Below are positions 10,808 through 21,221 of a stretch of 64,000 nucleotides of DNA, piece by piece. The notes under the pieces are model-generated. The model was given only the letters and a program-made list of their open reading frames with translations. It made no database searches and had not been told where the DNA came from. The translations under genes were made by a program, and so were the position numbers. The DNA comes from Alphaproteobacteria bacterium (GTDB taxonomy: Bacteria > Pseudomonadota > Alphaproteobacteria > UBA2966), in NCBI GenBank assembly GCA_964291395.2, contig OZ219856.1, positions 1 through 64,000 on the forward strand. The letters run 5' to 3'. Position 1 is the first letter of the stretch; every line of letters begins with the position of its first letter.

Positions 10808-12025
10808 ATGACGGAAGCGGCGACCGACTCTACCACGCGCTCTACGCCTGCAGAAGCGGCGTCCGGAAATAGCGTCGAACGCACGCCTCGGGTGCTGCAG
10901 ATCTTGCCGGCACTGGAGCCGGGCGGGGTGGCGCGCGGCGCCGTGGATGTCGCGATGGCGCTGGCTCAGGCAGGCGGCGCGTCGGTCGTCGCCTCGGCGG
11001 GTGGTCCGCTTGTCTACGATCTGGAGAAGATGGGCATTCGCCACGTTACACTGCCGCTCTATTCAAAGAACCCGCTGGTCATGCATCGCAATGCCAGAGA
11101 ATTGACGGCGGTCATTTACGACTACGATATCGGCATCGTGCACTCCCGCTCGCGGGCGCCGGCGTGGAGCGCGGATTTCGCGGCGCGGAGGACCGGCGCC
11201 CACTTCGTAACGACGTTTCATGGCGCGTATGACGGCGCTACTGGTCTGAAGCGGCTGTACAACTCCGTCATGACGCGGGGCCGGCGCGTGATCGCCATCT
11301 CGGACTTCATCGCCGGTCACGTCAGGGACGTCTACCGCGTTGAGCCCGAACGCTTGGTGACCATCCCTCGGGGCATCAATACGGAGAACTTCGATCCCGC
11401 GAACGTCAGCGCGGAGCGGGTCATTCAACTGGTCAACGCCTGGCGCCTGCCCGACGGCGTTCCGATCGTGATGCTGCCCGGTAGGTTGACCCGATGGAAG
11501 GGTCACGCCGTACTGATCGAGGCGCTCGCTCGACTGGAGCGCCGCGACCTGTGCTGCGTGCTCGTCGGCTCCGACCAAGGCCGAACGCGTTACCGCAGTG
11601 AGCTGGAGCAGCTGACGAATTCCCTAGGGCTAGGGGGCGTGGTCCGGATCGTCCCTCACTGTCGTGACATGCCGGCCGCTTACATGCTGGCCGACGTGGT
11701 GGTCTCCGCGTCGACCAAGCCGGAAGCGTTCGGCCGGGTCACGGCGGAAGCACAGGCGATGGGCCGGCCGGTGGTCGCGACCGAGCATGGCGCCTCCCGG
11801 GAGACCATCGTTCCAGGTGAGACGGGATGGCTGGTGCCACCGAGCAAGCCGGAGGCGCTGGCCCAGGCCCTCGGTCGGGCTCTCGACATCGACGCGGACA
11901 CGCGAAGCACCCTCGCGGAGCGGGCGCGCCGCTACGTGACGGAGAACCTGACTGTCGAACTCATGTGCGAGCGGACCCTGGCCGCGTACGAGTCGCTCAT
12001 GAGCGAGCCGTCGGTCTCGGCATGA
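10808..12025 (+). CDS. Glycosyltransferase family 4
   Basis: VLQILPALEPGGV, HSRSRAPAW, PGRLTRWKG, PEAFGRVTAEAQAMG (EX7E motif). Confidence 0.9.
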   Translation: MTEAATDSTTRSTPAEAASGNSVERTPRVLQILPALEPGGVARGAVDVAMALAQAGGASVVASAGGPLVYDLEKMGIRHVTLPLYSKNPLVMHRNARELTAVIYDYDIGIVHSRSRAPAWSADFAARRTGAHFVTTFHGAYDGATGLKRLYNSVMTRGRRVIAISDFIAGHVRDVYRVEPERLVTIPRGINTENFDPANVSAERVIQLVNAWRLPDGVPIVMLPGRLTRWKGHAVLIEALARLERRDLCCVLVGSDQGRTRYRSELEQLTNSLGLGGVVRIVPHCRDMPAAYMLADVVVSASTKPEAFGRVTAEAQAMGRPVVATEHGASRETIVPGETGWLVPPSKPEALAQALGRALDIDADTRSTLAERARRYVTENLTVELMCERTLAAYESLMSEPSVSA

Positions 12026-12319
12026 ATGATCGGGGCTGACGCGGAATGACGCGTGATCGCGGAGATCGTCGGTCGACGCAAGGATGCGATCGATCTCGGT
12101 GGACGCGCGTCGTTGGCGCGGTTCGCGTCCGTGTGTCGGCGTGCCCATGTCGCAAACTGCCGGACAGTCGTGCGGTTCTTCTGGGACTTGTATCCCGCAC
12201 TGCCTGCTCCCCGAGGTGTCCGGGTTGTCGTGATTCGGCGTGAACGACCGGAAGATCTGTCCGTCGATGAGATATGGCGCGACGGCGGACTTGCCGCCGG
12301 ATGGCCGTGGTGTCCTTGA
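12022..12319 (+). pseudogene. Degenerate remnant of a GT9 (LPS heptosyltransferase-like) gene
   Basis: ATG overlaps the GT4 stop (ATGA) but is followed by TGA after 5 codons. Residual DLGGRASLARFA...TVV.F...PAL.APRG..V.VIRR...DLSVDE resembles a GT9 C-terminus lacking the NDTGPMH motif. Confidence 0.5.
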
Positions 12320-12343
12320 CAGCGGACCTGTCGCACATATGTT
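12316..12343 (+). promoter_or_regulatory. Putative sigma70 promoter of thrS
   Basis: TTGACA-16nt-TATGTT upstream of the thrS RBS (GAGGAG). Confidence 0.45.
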
Positions 12344-12386
12344 TCGCTTGCCGGCGCCGGAGCGCCGGTCGATGTGAGGAGTTGGG

Positions 12387-14306
12387 ATGGTTGCACTGAC
12401 GCTGCCAGATGGACGAATCCGGCGATACGACGGGGCGCTGAACGGCGGGGAGGTAGCGTCCGATATCGGGTCCGGCCTCGCCAAGGCGGCTCTGGCGGTC
12501 CGGGTGAATGGCGATCTGTGGGATCTCTCCCGCGAGTTGGAAGAGGACGCGGAGATTTCTGTCGTCACACTGAAGGATGACGATGAGCTGGTGCTCGACC
12601 TGCTGCGCCACGATGCGGCGCATGTTTTGGCCGAGGCGGCGAAGGAACTGTACCCCGAGATTCAGGTCACCATCGGGCCGGCGATCGCCGACGGGTTTTA
12701 CTATGACTTTTCCCGCGAGGAGCCCTTCACGCCGGAAGACCTTGAGGCCATGGAAGCCCGCATGCACGAGATTGTCGACCGGGACGAAAAAGTGGTGCGG
12801 GAGGTATGGGAACGCGACGCGGCCGTTGGACTGTTCAAGTCGGTGGGCGAGCACTACAAGGCCGAGATCATCTCCGAGATTCCAGATGGTGAGCCGATCA
12901 CGCTGTACCGGCAGGGTGATTTCATCGATCTTTGCCGCGGTCCTCACCTGCCGTCCACCGGAAAGCTCGGCCACGCTTTCAAGCTGACGAAACTCGCGGG
13001 TGCCTACTGGCGGGGCGACGCGCGCAACGAAATGCTGCAGCGCGTCTACGGGACGGCTTGGCGCAACGACAAGGAGCTCAAAGGTTACCTGCATCGGCTC
13101 GAGGAAGCGGAACGCCGGGACCACCGCCGATTGGGACGCGAACTGGACCTGTTCCATTTTCAGGAAGAGGCGGCCGGTATGCCGTTCTGGCATCCCAAGG
13201 GCTGGACACTGTATCGCACCGTGGAAGCCTACATGCGCCACAGGCTTGAGAACGCAGGGTATGTCGAGGTCAAGACACCCCAACTCGTCGACCGCGCGCT
13301 GTGGGAGGCGTCAGGCCACTGGGAGAAGTTCCGGGAGAACATGTACACCTCGGAATCCGAGGAGCGGATCTTTGCGCTCAAACCGATGAACTGCCCTTGC
13401 CACGTTCAGATCTTCAATCAGGGAGTCAAGAGCTACCGGGAGCTTCCGTTGCGGATGGCGGAATTCGGGTCGTGCCATCGGTACGAGCCCTCCGGTTCGC
13501 TTCATGGTCTGATGCGGGTGCGCGGTTTCGTCCAGGACGACGCCCATATCTTCTGTACTGATGACCAGATCAACTCGGAAACCCGCCGCTTCTGTGATCT
13601 GCTGATGGGTATTTACCGGGACTTTGGCTTCGAGGAAGTGCAAGCGCGATTTTCGGACCGGCCGGAGGTCCGCGCGGGGTCGGACGAAACCTGGGACAAG
13701 GCGGAAGGAGCGCTCAGGGACGCGGTGGAAGAGGCCGGGATCGCGTACACGTTGAATCCGGGTGACGGTGCGTTCTATGGGCCGAAGCTCGACTTCGAGC
13801 TCACCGACGCCATCGGCCGACGATGGCAGTGCGGCACGCTGCAAGTCGATTTCGTGCTGCCCGAGAGGCTGGATGCCGAATACGTGGGCGAGGATGGCGT
13901 CCGCTACCGGCCGGTCATGCTGCATCGCGCCATACTCGGGTCCTTCGAGCGTTTCATCGGCATCCTCGTCGAACAGTACGCGGGTGGATTTCCCTTGTGG
14001 CTGGCCCCCGTCCAGGTGGCCGTGACGACGATCACCCGGGACGGCGACGAATTCGCCGGCAAAGTGGCGGAGAGACTGGAGTCTGCGGGATTGCGCGTCA
14101 CGCTCGATACCTCGGCAGAAAAGATCAATTACAAGGTGCGCCTGCACAGCCACGCCAAAGTTCCGGTGATCGTCGCGGTGGGCAAACGGGAAGCCGAGGA
14201 CGGCAGTGTGTCCATTCGGCGCCTTGGATCACGCGAGCAACAAAGTCTTGCGCTGGACGAGGCGGTAGTTAGACTTAGCGAAGAAGCATGCGCTCCGGGG
14301 GCCTGA
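12387..14306 (+). CDS. thrS: Threonine--tRNA ligase
   Basis: TGS domain, [44 protein letters not shown]. Confidence 0.98.
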   Translation: MVALTLPDGRIRRYDGALNGGEVASDIGSGLAKAALAVRVNGDLWDLSRELEEDAEISVVTLKDDDELVLDLLRHDAAHVLAEAAKELYPEIQVTIGPAIADGFYYDFSREEPFTPEDLEAMEARMHEIVDRDEKVVREVWERDAAVGLFKSVGEHYKAEIISEIPDGEPITLYRQGDFIDLCRGPHLPSTGKLGHAFKLTKLAGAYWRGDARNEMLQRVYGTAWRNDKELKGYLHRLEEAERRDHRRLGRELDLFHFQEEAAGMPFWHPKGWTLYRTVEAYMRHRLENAGYVEVKTPQLVDRALWEASGHWEKFRENMYTSESEERIFALKPMNCPCHVQIFNQGVKSYRELPLRMAEFGSCHRYEPSGSLHGLMRVRGFVQDDAHIFCTDDQINSETRRFCDLLMGIYRDFGFEEVQARFSDRPEVRAGSDETWDKAEGALRDAVEEAGIAYTLNPGDGAFYGPKLDFELTDAIGRRWQCGTLQVDFVLPERLDAEYVGEDGVRYRPVMLHRAILGSFERFIGILVEQYAGGFPLWLAPVQVAVTTITRDGDEFAGKVAERLESAGLRVTLDTSAEKINYKVRLHSHAKVPVIVAVGKREAEDGSVSIRRLGSREQQSLALDEAVVRLSEEACAPGA

Positions 14307-14307
14307 A

Positions 14308-14336
14308 TTGGCACCGGAGCAGCGGCTGCGTATAAC
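14308..14336 (+). promoter_or_regulatory. Putative sigma70 promoter of infC
   Basis: TTGGCA-17nt-TATAAC. Confidence 0.55.
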
Positions 14337-14423
14337 CCTGTGTGTGAAATTGCCACTTTCGGCCGCCGAAGACGGGGAGGACGCCAGACCGGCGGTACGG
14401 TGGGGAATGTTGGAGGCCCTTAG

Positions 14424-14960
14424 ATCGTAAGAAGACCCATAATGGCACCCCCGACCCGCGAAGGGCCGCGTGTCAACGATATGATCGATGTCGCCGAGGT
14501 GCGGCTCATTGATCAAAACGGTGAAAACCTTGGAGTGCTGAACTTCGAAAAGGCGCTTGAACTGGCGGTACAGGCAGAGCTCGATTTGGTCGAGCTTTCT
14601 CCGAACGCCGCGCCGCCTGTTTGCAAAATTCTCGATTACGGCAAGTACAAATACGAAGCGCAGAAGAAGGCGAACATAGCGCGGAAGAAGCAGAAAACCA
14701 TCGAGGTCAAAGAGATAAAGATGCGGCCGGGGATTGAGTCCCATGACTACGACGTCAAGATGCGCTCGATCCAGCGCTTCATCAATGAAGGCGACAAGGT
14801 CAAGGTGACCTTGCGCTTTCGGGGCCGCGAAATGGTCCACCAGGACCGTGGGTTGAATGTGCTGGAACGCGTTCGCGAGGATTTGGATGAGATCGCCAAG
14901 GTGGAGCAGTTCCCAAAGATGGAGGGACGGCTTCTGACGATGGTCGTGGCGCCGAAGTAG
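14424..14960 (+). CDS. infC: Translation initiation factor IF-3 (probable ATC start; first ATG at 14442)
   Basis: [49 protein letters not shown] at 14412-14416 lies 7 nt before an in-frame ATC, which is preceded by an in-frame TAG. Confidence 0.95.
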   Translation: MVRRPIMAPPTREGPRVNDMIDVAEVRLIDQNGENLGVLNFEKALELAVQAELDLVELSPNAAPPVCKILDYGKYKYEAQKKANIARKKQKTIEVKEIKMRPGIESHDYDVKMRSIQRFINEGDKVKVTLRFRGREMVHQDRGLNVLERVREDLDEIAKVEQFPKMEGRLLTMVVAPK

Positions 14961-15057
14961 ACTGCCGATCGGGATTCCGGCGGTGGGCTGCCTTGGACGG
15001 CCGGGCGGGGTCTGATGAGCGTGACCGGGAAACCACTCGGTCCGGAGATCGCCTAGC

Positions 15058-16800
15058 CTAGTTGGGGCCGGACCGCCTCTCTATTTCGTTCATGATATTC
15101 TTCAAGATACCCGAACATGTGCGATCTACTTTCGCGCTACGGGTTCCGAGTTCCGAATAGCGCATGCGGTTACTGAGGTTCGGGACAGGCGCGTCATCAA
15201 CAGCCACTTGTCGTGAAACACCTTTGCTGTCGAGCGACCATGCGAACGACACGACGAGGTTGAAGTCGACGTCTCGGGGGTGCGCGTAACCGCTAAAGGT
15301 AAATTTGTGAGTGATCTCCAACGGGCGCTCATCACTCAGCTCGAATCCCCGCGTCGCGATGTAATGATCTCTCGTCCGAATCCACTCTGTGGCTTCCAGG
15401 AGGCTACCGGAGTTGACGCCGCCGTCACCGCCACCGAACTCGAGAAGGGAACTCGAACGAAATTTTCGAAACAACGGTGCCACCTGCTGCCTTAGGTGGG
15501 ACTCAAGTTCATCGAGCGTGGGCTGAATATGCTTGCTGTATACGCTGTCCAGGATGGCGACATCGGACTCGGAAGCGGGTGGTGTTGTTTTATCCCGCAC
15601 GAAGGTAGCCATCTCCTCGCTAACCTCAAAGCGTTCGAGCACGTCGCAAAAGTCATCGAAGGGCACGACCTCACCGGCGCTCCGGGACTGACGGGCCGTG
15701 CCGCCGTAGACGACGACCTTCATGGAAATTTTCGGGACCAGTTTGACTATGGCATCGAGGGAGTCGAAGAAATCCGCGGCAACCGTTGCGCCGGACTTGA
15801 TCTCGATCGCGGCCATGTCTCTCGCAGTCTCGAACAGGAGATCGCATTCCAATCCCCGGCTGTCGCGAAAAAAGGACAGATTGGAGGGGCGGCCAAGATT
15901 GAAGCGGTACTTTAGCGCTTCCACCACGACCATGTTCTCGAACAATGCACCGCGCAGGGGATGGGTAACGATCTGCTCGGCTCGCTCGATGCCGATGAGA
16001 TAGCTGGCGAGCCCGACATCGTAGAAATAGAGCTTGGGCGATTTGACCAGGCGCTTTCGGACATTGGCGTGAAACGGCGGCAGCCTGAAAGCGATGAAGC
16101 TTGCCTCCAGCACATCGAGCCAGTGCCGCGCCGTGGTGTGAGATACGCCGGCATCCGATCCGAGCGCGACGAGATTGGTCAACTGCCCGATCCGACCGGC
16201 GCACAGGCGAACGAACCGCTGAAGGCTCGACAGGTTGCGGATCTCTCCCAACCGGCGCACGTCGCGCTCGACGTAAGTCTCAAAGTAATCGGCGAGCGCC
16301 TGATGTGGTTCGAGGCATTGATCGTAGATGCGCGGATAGAAGCCTGAGTAGAGAACTTCTTCGGCGACGTTGTCGGCTCCCGTGCGTTGCCGTTCGGCAA
16401 GGGAAAAAGGCAGCAGGCGGAGTAGTCCTGTTCGTCCCGCCAGCGATTGGCTGATGGCTTCGGAGAGCTTGAAGTGTTCGCTTCCCGTCAAGATGAACAG
16501 GCCGTTCCGGCCCTTCTCGTCGGCGACAACCTGAAGATACGAGAGGAGATCAGGGACACGCTGGATCTCATCGAGGATGGCGCCGCCGGTTATTTGGGAG
16601 AGGAAACCGCGAGGATCGGATTGAGCGAATTCCCGCTGGTCCGGTGCTTCCAGATTGACATACTTCAGATGAGGAAAGGTCGCGCGGCAGAGGGTGGTCT
16701 TGCCGGATTGCCGCGGCCCGGTCACGATCACAAAGGGATATTGCTCGAAGAGCCTGATCAGGCAGGGAGTGATGTCGCGTTCGATCATGAGGGTCACCAT
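15058..16800 (-). CDS. AAA+ ATPase (AAA_14 + DUF4143-type, with PD-(D/E)xK motif) carrying an extra ~190-aa C-terminal domain
   Basis: Walker A GPRQSGKT, Walker B ILDEIQ, LTGS, SLAGR, YVERD, KSPKLYFYDVG, ECDLL...IEIKSG; start 16800 or 16788. Confidence 0.88.
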   Translation of the reverse strand: MVTLMIERDITPCLIRLFEQYPFVIVTGPRQSGKTTLCRATFPHLKYVNLEAPDQREFAQSDPRGFLSQITGGAILDEIQRVPDLLSYLQVVADEKGRNGLFILTGSEHFKLSEAISQSLAGRTGLLRLLPFSLAERQRTGADNVAEEVLYSGFYPRIYDQCLEPHQALADYFETYVERDVRRLGEIRNLSSLQRFVRLCAGRIGQLTNLVALGSDAGVSHTTARHWLDVLEASFIAFRLPPFHANVRKRLVKSPKLYFYDVGLASYLIGIERAEQIVTHPLRGALFENMVVVEALKYRFNLGRPSNLSFFRDSRGLECDLLFETARDMAAIEIKSGATVAADFFDSLDAIVKLVPKISMKVVVYGGTARQSRSAGEVVPFDDFCDVLERFEVSEEMATFVRDKTTPPASESDVAILDSVYSKHIQPTLDELESHLRQQVAPLFRKFRSSSLLEFGGGDGGVNSGSLLEATEWIRTRDHYIATRGFELSDERPLEITHKFTFSGYAHPRDVDFNLVVSFAWSLDSKGVSRQVAVDDAPVPNLSNRMRYSELGTRSAKVDRTCSGILKNIMNEIERRSGPN

Positions 16801-16808
16801 ACTTATGT

Positions 16809-16845
16809 TATCACAAAATGAAAATCCCATTTTCATTTTGTGATA
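16809..16845. repeat. Perfect 17-bp inverted repeat with 3-nt spacer directly upstream of the AAA+/DUF4143 gene (likely operator)
   Basis: TATCACAAAATGAAAAT-CCC-ATTTTCATTTTGTGATA, followed by palindrome TTCAATTGAA (16846-16855). Confidence 0.85.
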
Positions 16846-16973
16846 TTCAATTGAAGTTTTCCTGATCTCGAAAGAGGGTACCGCGACGAGAAGGGGCTCA
16901 GAGGCCACAGGGTCCCGCCGCCCGACGGACATGCGAATAGGCGCGGCCGGGTGCACGGAAAGCCGCGGCACGC

Positions 16974-17002
16974 TTGCATTGGCGGGGGGCAGTGGCTATA
17001 AA
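16974..17002 (+). promoter_or_regulatory. Putative sigma70 promoter of rpmI-rplT
   Basis: TTGCAT-17nt-TATAAA. Confidence 0.55.
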
Positions 17003-17077
17003 GCCACGCCACTGCGGCGCCGGTACTTCCCGGTCATGCCGCCGTGCGCCATTCTGAACGGTTCGTGGAGAGGGCGG

Positions 17078-17275
17078 TTGCCAAAGCTCAAGACCAAGAG
17101 CGGCGCCAAGAAGCGGTTTCGGCTGACCGCCAAGGGCAAGGTACGCATGAATCAATCCGGCAAGCAGCACGGCATGATCAAGCGCACCAATAAGCAGATC
17201 CGTAACCAGCGGGGTACCACGATCATGTCCGAGTCCGACGCCAAGATCGTGCGCAAATTCGTTCCTTACGCCTGA
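17078..17275 (+). CDS. rpmI: 50S ribosomal protein L35 (TTG start)
   Basis: [13 protein letters not shown], 65 aa, GGAGAGG RBS. Confidence 0.95.
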   Translation: MPKLKTKSGAKKRFRLTAKGKVRMNQSGKQHGMIKRTNKQIRNQRGTTIMSESDAKIVRKFVPYA

Positions 17276-17286
17276 GGAGACCGCCG

Positions 17287-17649
17287 GTGGCTCGCGTCAA
17301 GCGCGGCGTTACCAAACACGCCCGCCACAAAAAGATACTCAAGCAAGCCAAGGGCTATCGCGGCCGTGGCCACGCTTCGTATCGTGTTGCCCTGGAACGG
17401 GTCGAAAAGGCGTTGCAGTACGCCTATCGGGACCGGCGCAACCGCAAGCGCGTCTTTCGTGGATTGTGGATTCAGCGTATCAATGCAGCCGCCCGGATGC
17501 ATGGTTTGACGTACGGTCGATTTATGAACGGTCTCAAGCTCGCCGGCGTCGAGGTAGACCGGAAAATTCTTGCCGATCTCGCGGCGCGTGAGCCTGAGGC
17601 CTTCGAGGCGTTGGTCGAGCGGGCGGAAACCGCGCTCGCCAAGGCCTGA
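17287..17649 (+). CDS. rplT: 50S ribosomal protein L20
   Basis: [37 protein letters not shown]. Confidence 0.98.
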   Translation: MARVKRGVTKHARHKKILKQAKGYRGRGHASYRVALERVEKALQYAYRDRRNRKRVFRGLWIQRINAAARMHGLTYGRFMNGLKLAGVEVDRKILADLAAREPEAFEALVERAETALAKA

Positions 17650-17694
17650 ACCGGGGCCCCGGACGTTTAAGAGCGGTTGATCGAACGGCTGCGG

Positions 17695-17722
17695 AGGGGC
17701 CTCGAAATCGGCCCCTTTTTTT
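17695..17722 (+). terminator. Intrinsic terminator after rplT
   Basis: AGGGGCC-8nt loop-GGCCCCT followed by a T run. Confidence 0.75.
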
Positions 17723-17734
17723 GCGAGCAGAAAC

Positions 17735-18811
17735 ATGCAGGACATCGACGAACTTGCGGCTGAACTCCGTACGGATATCAAGGCGGCCGGCAGTCTGGAT
17801 GATCTTGAAGCCGTACGCGTGCGGGCTCTGGGCCGCAAGGGCACGATTACATGCCTGATGAAGGGGCTCGGCGCGATGGAGCCCGAGGAGCGTCGTTCCG
17901 CGGGCACCGCGCTCAACGCACTCAAGGACGAGACCGTCGCGGCAATCGAGGATCGGCGGACCGCGTTGCGGAACCTGGCCCTTACCGAACAGCTGGCGAC
18001 CGAGAGCGTCGATGTCACCCTGCCGGTCCGTGCCGAGGGGTGCGGCCGCATTCATCCCGTCAGCCAGGTGGTCGACGAAATTGTCGCCATCTTCGCAGAT
18101 ATGGGATTCGCCGTCGCGGAGGGTCCCGACATAGAGGACGATTTCCACAACTTTACCGCGCTCAATATCCCGCCCGAACATCCCGCGCGGCAGATGCACG
18201 ACACGTTTTATCTCGAGGCGGAGCGGGATGGCGCTCCCCTCGTCTTGCGGACGCACACGTCTCCCGTGCAGATCCGCCACATGCGGTCGACTCCGCCGCC
18301 CTATCGCATCATCGCGCCGGGACGGACGTTCCGCTGCGATTCCGACATGACGCACACGCCCATGTTCCACCAGGTGGAGGGGCTTGCCATCGGCCACGAC
18401 ATTCACATGGGGCATCTCAAAGGCTGCCTCGAAGAGTTCGCCCGCGTCATGTTCGAGGACGACAACCTGCGCATGCGGTTTCGCCCCAGTCATTTCCCCT
18501 TCACGGAGCCCTCGGCGGAGGTCGACATCGGCTGCTCCCGTACAGGAAAGGAACTGAGGATTGGCGAGGGCGGCGACTGGCTCGAAATCCTGGGCTGCGG
18601 GATGGTCCATCCCAACGTCCTGGAGAATGTGGGCCTCGACCCTAACGAATGGCAGGGCTTCGCGTTTGGCATGGGGATCGACCGCATCGCTATGCTGAAA
18701 TACGGCATCCCGGATCTACGCGCGTTCTTCGACTCCGATCTCCGGTGGTTGAGGCACTACGGCTTCGCTCCGTTCGACGTGCCCACCCTTGCGGGAGGGC
18801 TCGCGCGATGA
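17735..18811 (+). CDS. pheS: Phenylalanine--tRNA ligase alpha subunit
   Basis: [40 protein letters not shown]. Confidence 0.98.
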   Translation: MQDIDELAAELRTDIKAAGSLDDLEAVRVRALGRKGTITCLMKGLGAMEPEERRSAGTALNALKDETVAAIEDRRTALRNLALTEQLATESVDVTLPVRAEGCGRIHPVSQVVDEIVAIFADMGFAVAEGPDIEDDFHNFTALNIPPEHPARQMHDTFYLEAERDGAPLVLRTHTSPVQIRHMRSTPPPYRIIAPGRTFRCDSDMTHTPMFHQVEGLAIGHDIHMGHLKGCLEEFARVMFEDDNLRMRFRPSHFPFTEPSAEVDIGCSRTGKELRIGEGGDWLEILGCGMVHPNVLENVGLDPNEWQGFAFGMGIDRIAMLKYGIPDLRAFFDSDLRWLRHYGFAPFDVPTLAGGLAR

Positions 18812-21213
18812 AGTTCACCCTCGCCTGGCTCAAGGATCATCTCGAGTCGGATGCCTCGGTCGAACAGATCGTCGACACGTTGACGGCCATCGGTCTCGAG
18901 GTCGAAGAGGTCGTGGACAAGGCTGCGGGTCTCGACCCGTTCACGGTGGCGTACGTTGTCGAGGCGCGCCCGCACCCCAATGCGGACCGGCTTCAGGTCT
19001 GCACCGTCGACACGGGAACGGAGACCCTCGATGTGGTCTGCGGGGCGCCCAATGCGCACACCGGCATGAAGGGTGTGTACGCCCCCGTGGGGACAACCAT
19101 TCCCGGAAACGGCATGAAGCTCAAGGCAGCCAGGATCCGAGGTGTCGAGAGCCGGGGCATGTTGTGTTCGGAACGGGAGATGGGGTTTTCCGACGAGCAT
19201 GAGGGAATCATCGAGCTTCCCGAAGATGCGCCGATCGGAGAACCTGTCGCCCGCGTGATGGGGCTCGACGATCCCATGATCGAGATCGCCATCACGCCCA
19301 ATCGCCAGGATTGTCTGGGCGTGCATGGTGTCGCGCGTGACCTCGCGGCGGCGGGGCTGGGGAAGCTGAAGCCGCTTCGGACCGAGCCTGTTCCCGGCGG
19401 ATTCGAGAGTCCGGTCGGTGTCGAGCTCCGCTTCGACCCCGAGACGCGAAATGCCTGTCCGATGTTCGTCGGTCGCTACATCCGGGGCGTGAAGAATGGT
19501 CCCAGCCCCCGATGGCTGCAGGACAGATTGAAAGCGATTGGTCTCCGGCCGATCTCGGCGCTTGTCGACATGACGAACTTCATCACGTTTGACCTGGCCC
19601 GCCCGCTTCATGTGTTCGATGCGGATACGCTGTCAGGGGGAGTTCACGTGCGGCTCGCCGAGAACGGGGAAACGGTGGCGGCGCTCAACGACAAGTCATA
19701 CACGCTCGACTCGGAAGTTACGGTCATCGCCGACGACGACGGAGCGTTGGCGCTCGGCGGCGTCATCGGGGGCGAGCCGTCGGGCTGCACGGAGGAGACC
19801 ACCAACGTTTTCATCGAGGCGGCGCTCTTCGATCCGGTGCGGACGGCGGCCACGGGACGCCGTTATACGATCGATTCGGACGCTCGCTACCGGTTCGAAC
19901 GGGGGGTAGACCCCGAGTTCGTGTGCGACGGCATGGAGATCGCCACGCGGATGGTCGTGGATTTGTGCGGCGGTGATCCGAGCGAGATCGTCGTTGCCGG
20001 CGGCCCGTCCGATTGGCGGCGCGAGATCACGCTCCGTCCCGGCCGCGTGCACCATTTGGGCGGCATCGACGTGCCGCGTACCGAGGTTCGGAGGATTCTC
20101 GAATCCCTGGGATTCGGCGTGGAGCTCGTCGACGGCGAACTGAAGGCCGCCGTTCCGCCGTGGCGATCGGATGTTCACGGCGAGGCCGACCTCGTCGAGG
20201 AAGTGACGCGCATCTACGGTTTCGACGCGATTCCGTCTGTGCCCATGACCAATCCCTCCCCCGTCGCACGGACGGTGCTGACCACCGCCCAGCGGCGGGA
20301 GCGGGATGCGAAACGCATCCTCGCGGGCAGGGGCTTGATGGAGGTCGTCACGTGGTCGTTCACATCGTCCCGTTTGGCCAAACATTTCGGCGATCCGACG
20401 CCCGATCTCAATCTGGCCAACCCCATCACCAGCGATCTCGACGTGATGCGCCCCAGTCTCCTGACGAATCTGTTGGCTGCGTGCAAACGGAACATCGACC
20501 GTGGCGAGAGTCAGATCGCGTTGTTCGAGGTCGGCGCCGCCTACGCCGGCGTGACGCCCGATGCCCAACATCTGGTGGCCGCGGGACTGCGGCGCGGTCC
20601 GAACTCCGTGCGCCATTGGTCGGGTGAAGGCCGGGACGTCGATGTCTACGACGCGAAGGCCGACGCTTTGGCGGTGCTCCAGGCCGTTGGTGCGCCGACG
20701 GCCGCCGTGCAGGCAATGGCCGGCGCGCCGAGTTGGTATCACCCGGGTCGTTCCGGGTCGTTCAATTTAGGCCCGAAGGCCGTGCTAGCCTGTTTCGGCG
20801 AAGTGCATCCCGGGATGCTCGACGATCTCGACATCGAAAGTCCCCTGGTGGTGTTCGAGGTGTTCCTTGATGCCGTGCCCGAGGCGAAGGGAAAGAAGGG
20901 GCACACGCGGCCGAGGCTGGACGTTTCCGATCTGCCTGCCGTCGATCGCGACTTCGCATTTCTTGTCGGTTCGGACGTTCCGGCAGACGATCTCGTCCGG
21001 GCGGCCGCCTCGGCCGACAAGGATTTGATCGTCGATGTCTCCGTCTTCGACGTGTTCGAAGGTGACTCCCTCGAGGACGGGCAAAAATCCCTGGCGATCG
21101 GTGTCCGCTTGCAGCCGACGGAACGGACCTTGACCGAAGCCGAAATCGATTCTGTTTCCGCCAAGGTCGTCGACGCCGTCGGGAAGGCGACCGGCGGCCG
21201 GTTGCGGAGCTGA
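18808..21213 (+). CDS. pheT: Phenylalanine--tRNA ligase beta subunit
   Basis: [41 protein letters not shown]-terminus; ATGA overlap with pheS. Confidence 0.97.
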   Translation: MKFTLAWLKDHLESDASVEQIVDTLTAIGLEVEEVVDKAAGLDPFTVAYVVEARPHPNADRLQVCTVDTGTETLDVVCGAPNAHTGMKGVYAPVGTTIPGNGMKLKAARIRGVESRGMLCSEREMGFSDEHEGIIELPEDAPIGEPVARVMGLDDPMIEIAITPNRQDCLGVHGVARDLAAAGLGKLKPLRTEPVPGGFESPVGVELRFDPETRNACPMFVGRYIRGVKNGPSPRWLQDRLKAIGLRPISALVDMTNFITFDLARPLHVFDADTLSGGVHVRLAENGETVAALNDKSYTLDSEVTVIADDDGALALGGVIGGEPSGCTEETTNVFIEAALFDPVRTAATGRRYTIDSDARYRFERGVDPEFVCDGMEIATRMVVDLCGGDPSEIVVAGGPSDWRREITLRPGRVHHLGGIDVPRTEVRRILESLGFGVELVDGELKAAVPPWRSDVHGEADLVEEVTRIYGFDAIPSVPMTNPSPVARTVLTTAQRRERDAKRILAGRGLMEVVTWSFTSSRLAKHFGDPTPDLNLANPITSDLDVMRPSLLTNLLAACKRNIDRGESQIALFEVGAAYAGVTPDAQHLVAAGLRRGPNSVRHWSGEGRDVDVYDAKADALAVLQAVGAPTAAVQAMAGAPSWYHPGRSGSFNLGPKAVLACFGEVHPGMLDDLDIESPLVVFEVFLDAVPEAKGKKGHTRPRLDVSDLPAVDRDFAFLVGSDVPADDLVRAAASADKDLIVDVSVFDVFEGDSLEDGQKSLAIGVRLQPTERTLTEAEIDSVSAKVVDAVGKATGGRLRS

Positions 21214-21221
21214 TCGGGATC

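Noticed and set aside
12037-12039. TGA read-through (selenocysteine) after the GT4-coupled ATG
   Set aside because: Reading through does not yield a recognisable protein, the GT9-like residues are in a different frame, and no SECIS-like hairpin is evident
12351-12368. Hairpin CCGGCGC-CGGA-GCGCCGG in the thrS leader as a tRNA-Thr anticodon mimic
   Set aside because: The loop is 4 nt and contains no Thr anticodon (CGU/GGU/UGU)
15005-15055. Hammerhead-like core (CTGATGA...GAAAC...GTC) between infC and the ATPase gene
   Set aside because: A short stem III can form, but stem II lacks the closing G-C pair and stem I does not pair; probably chance
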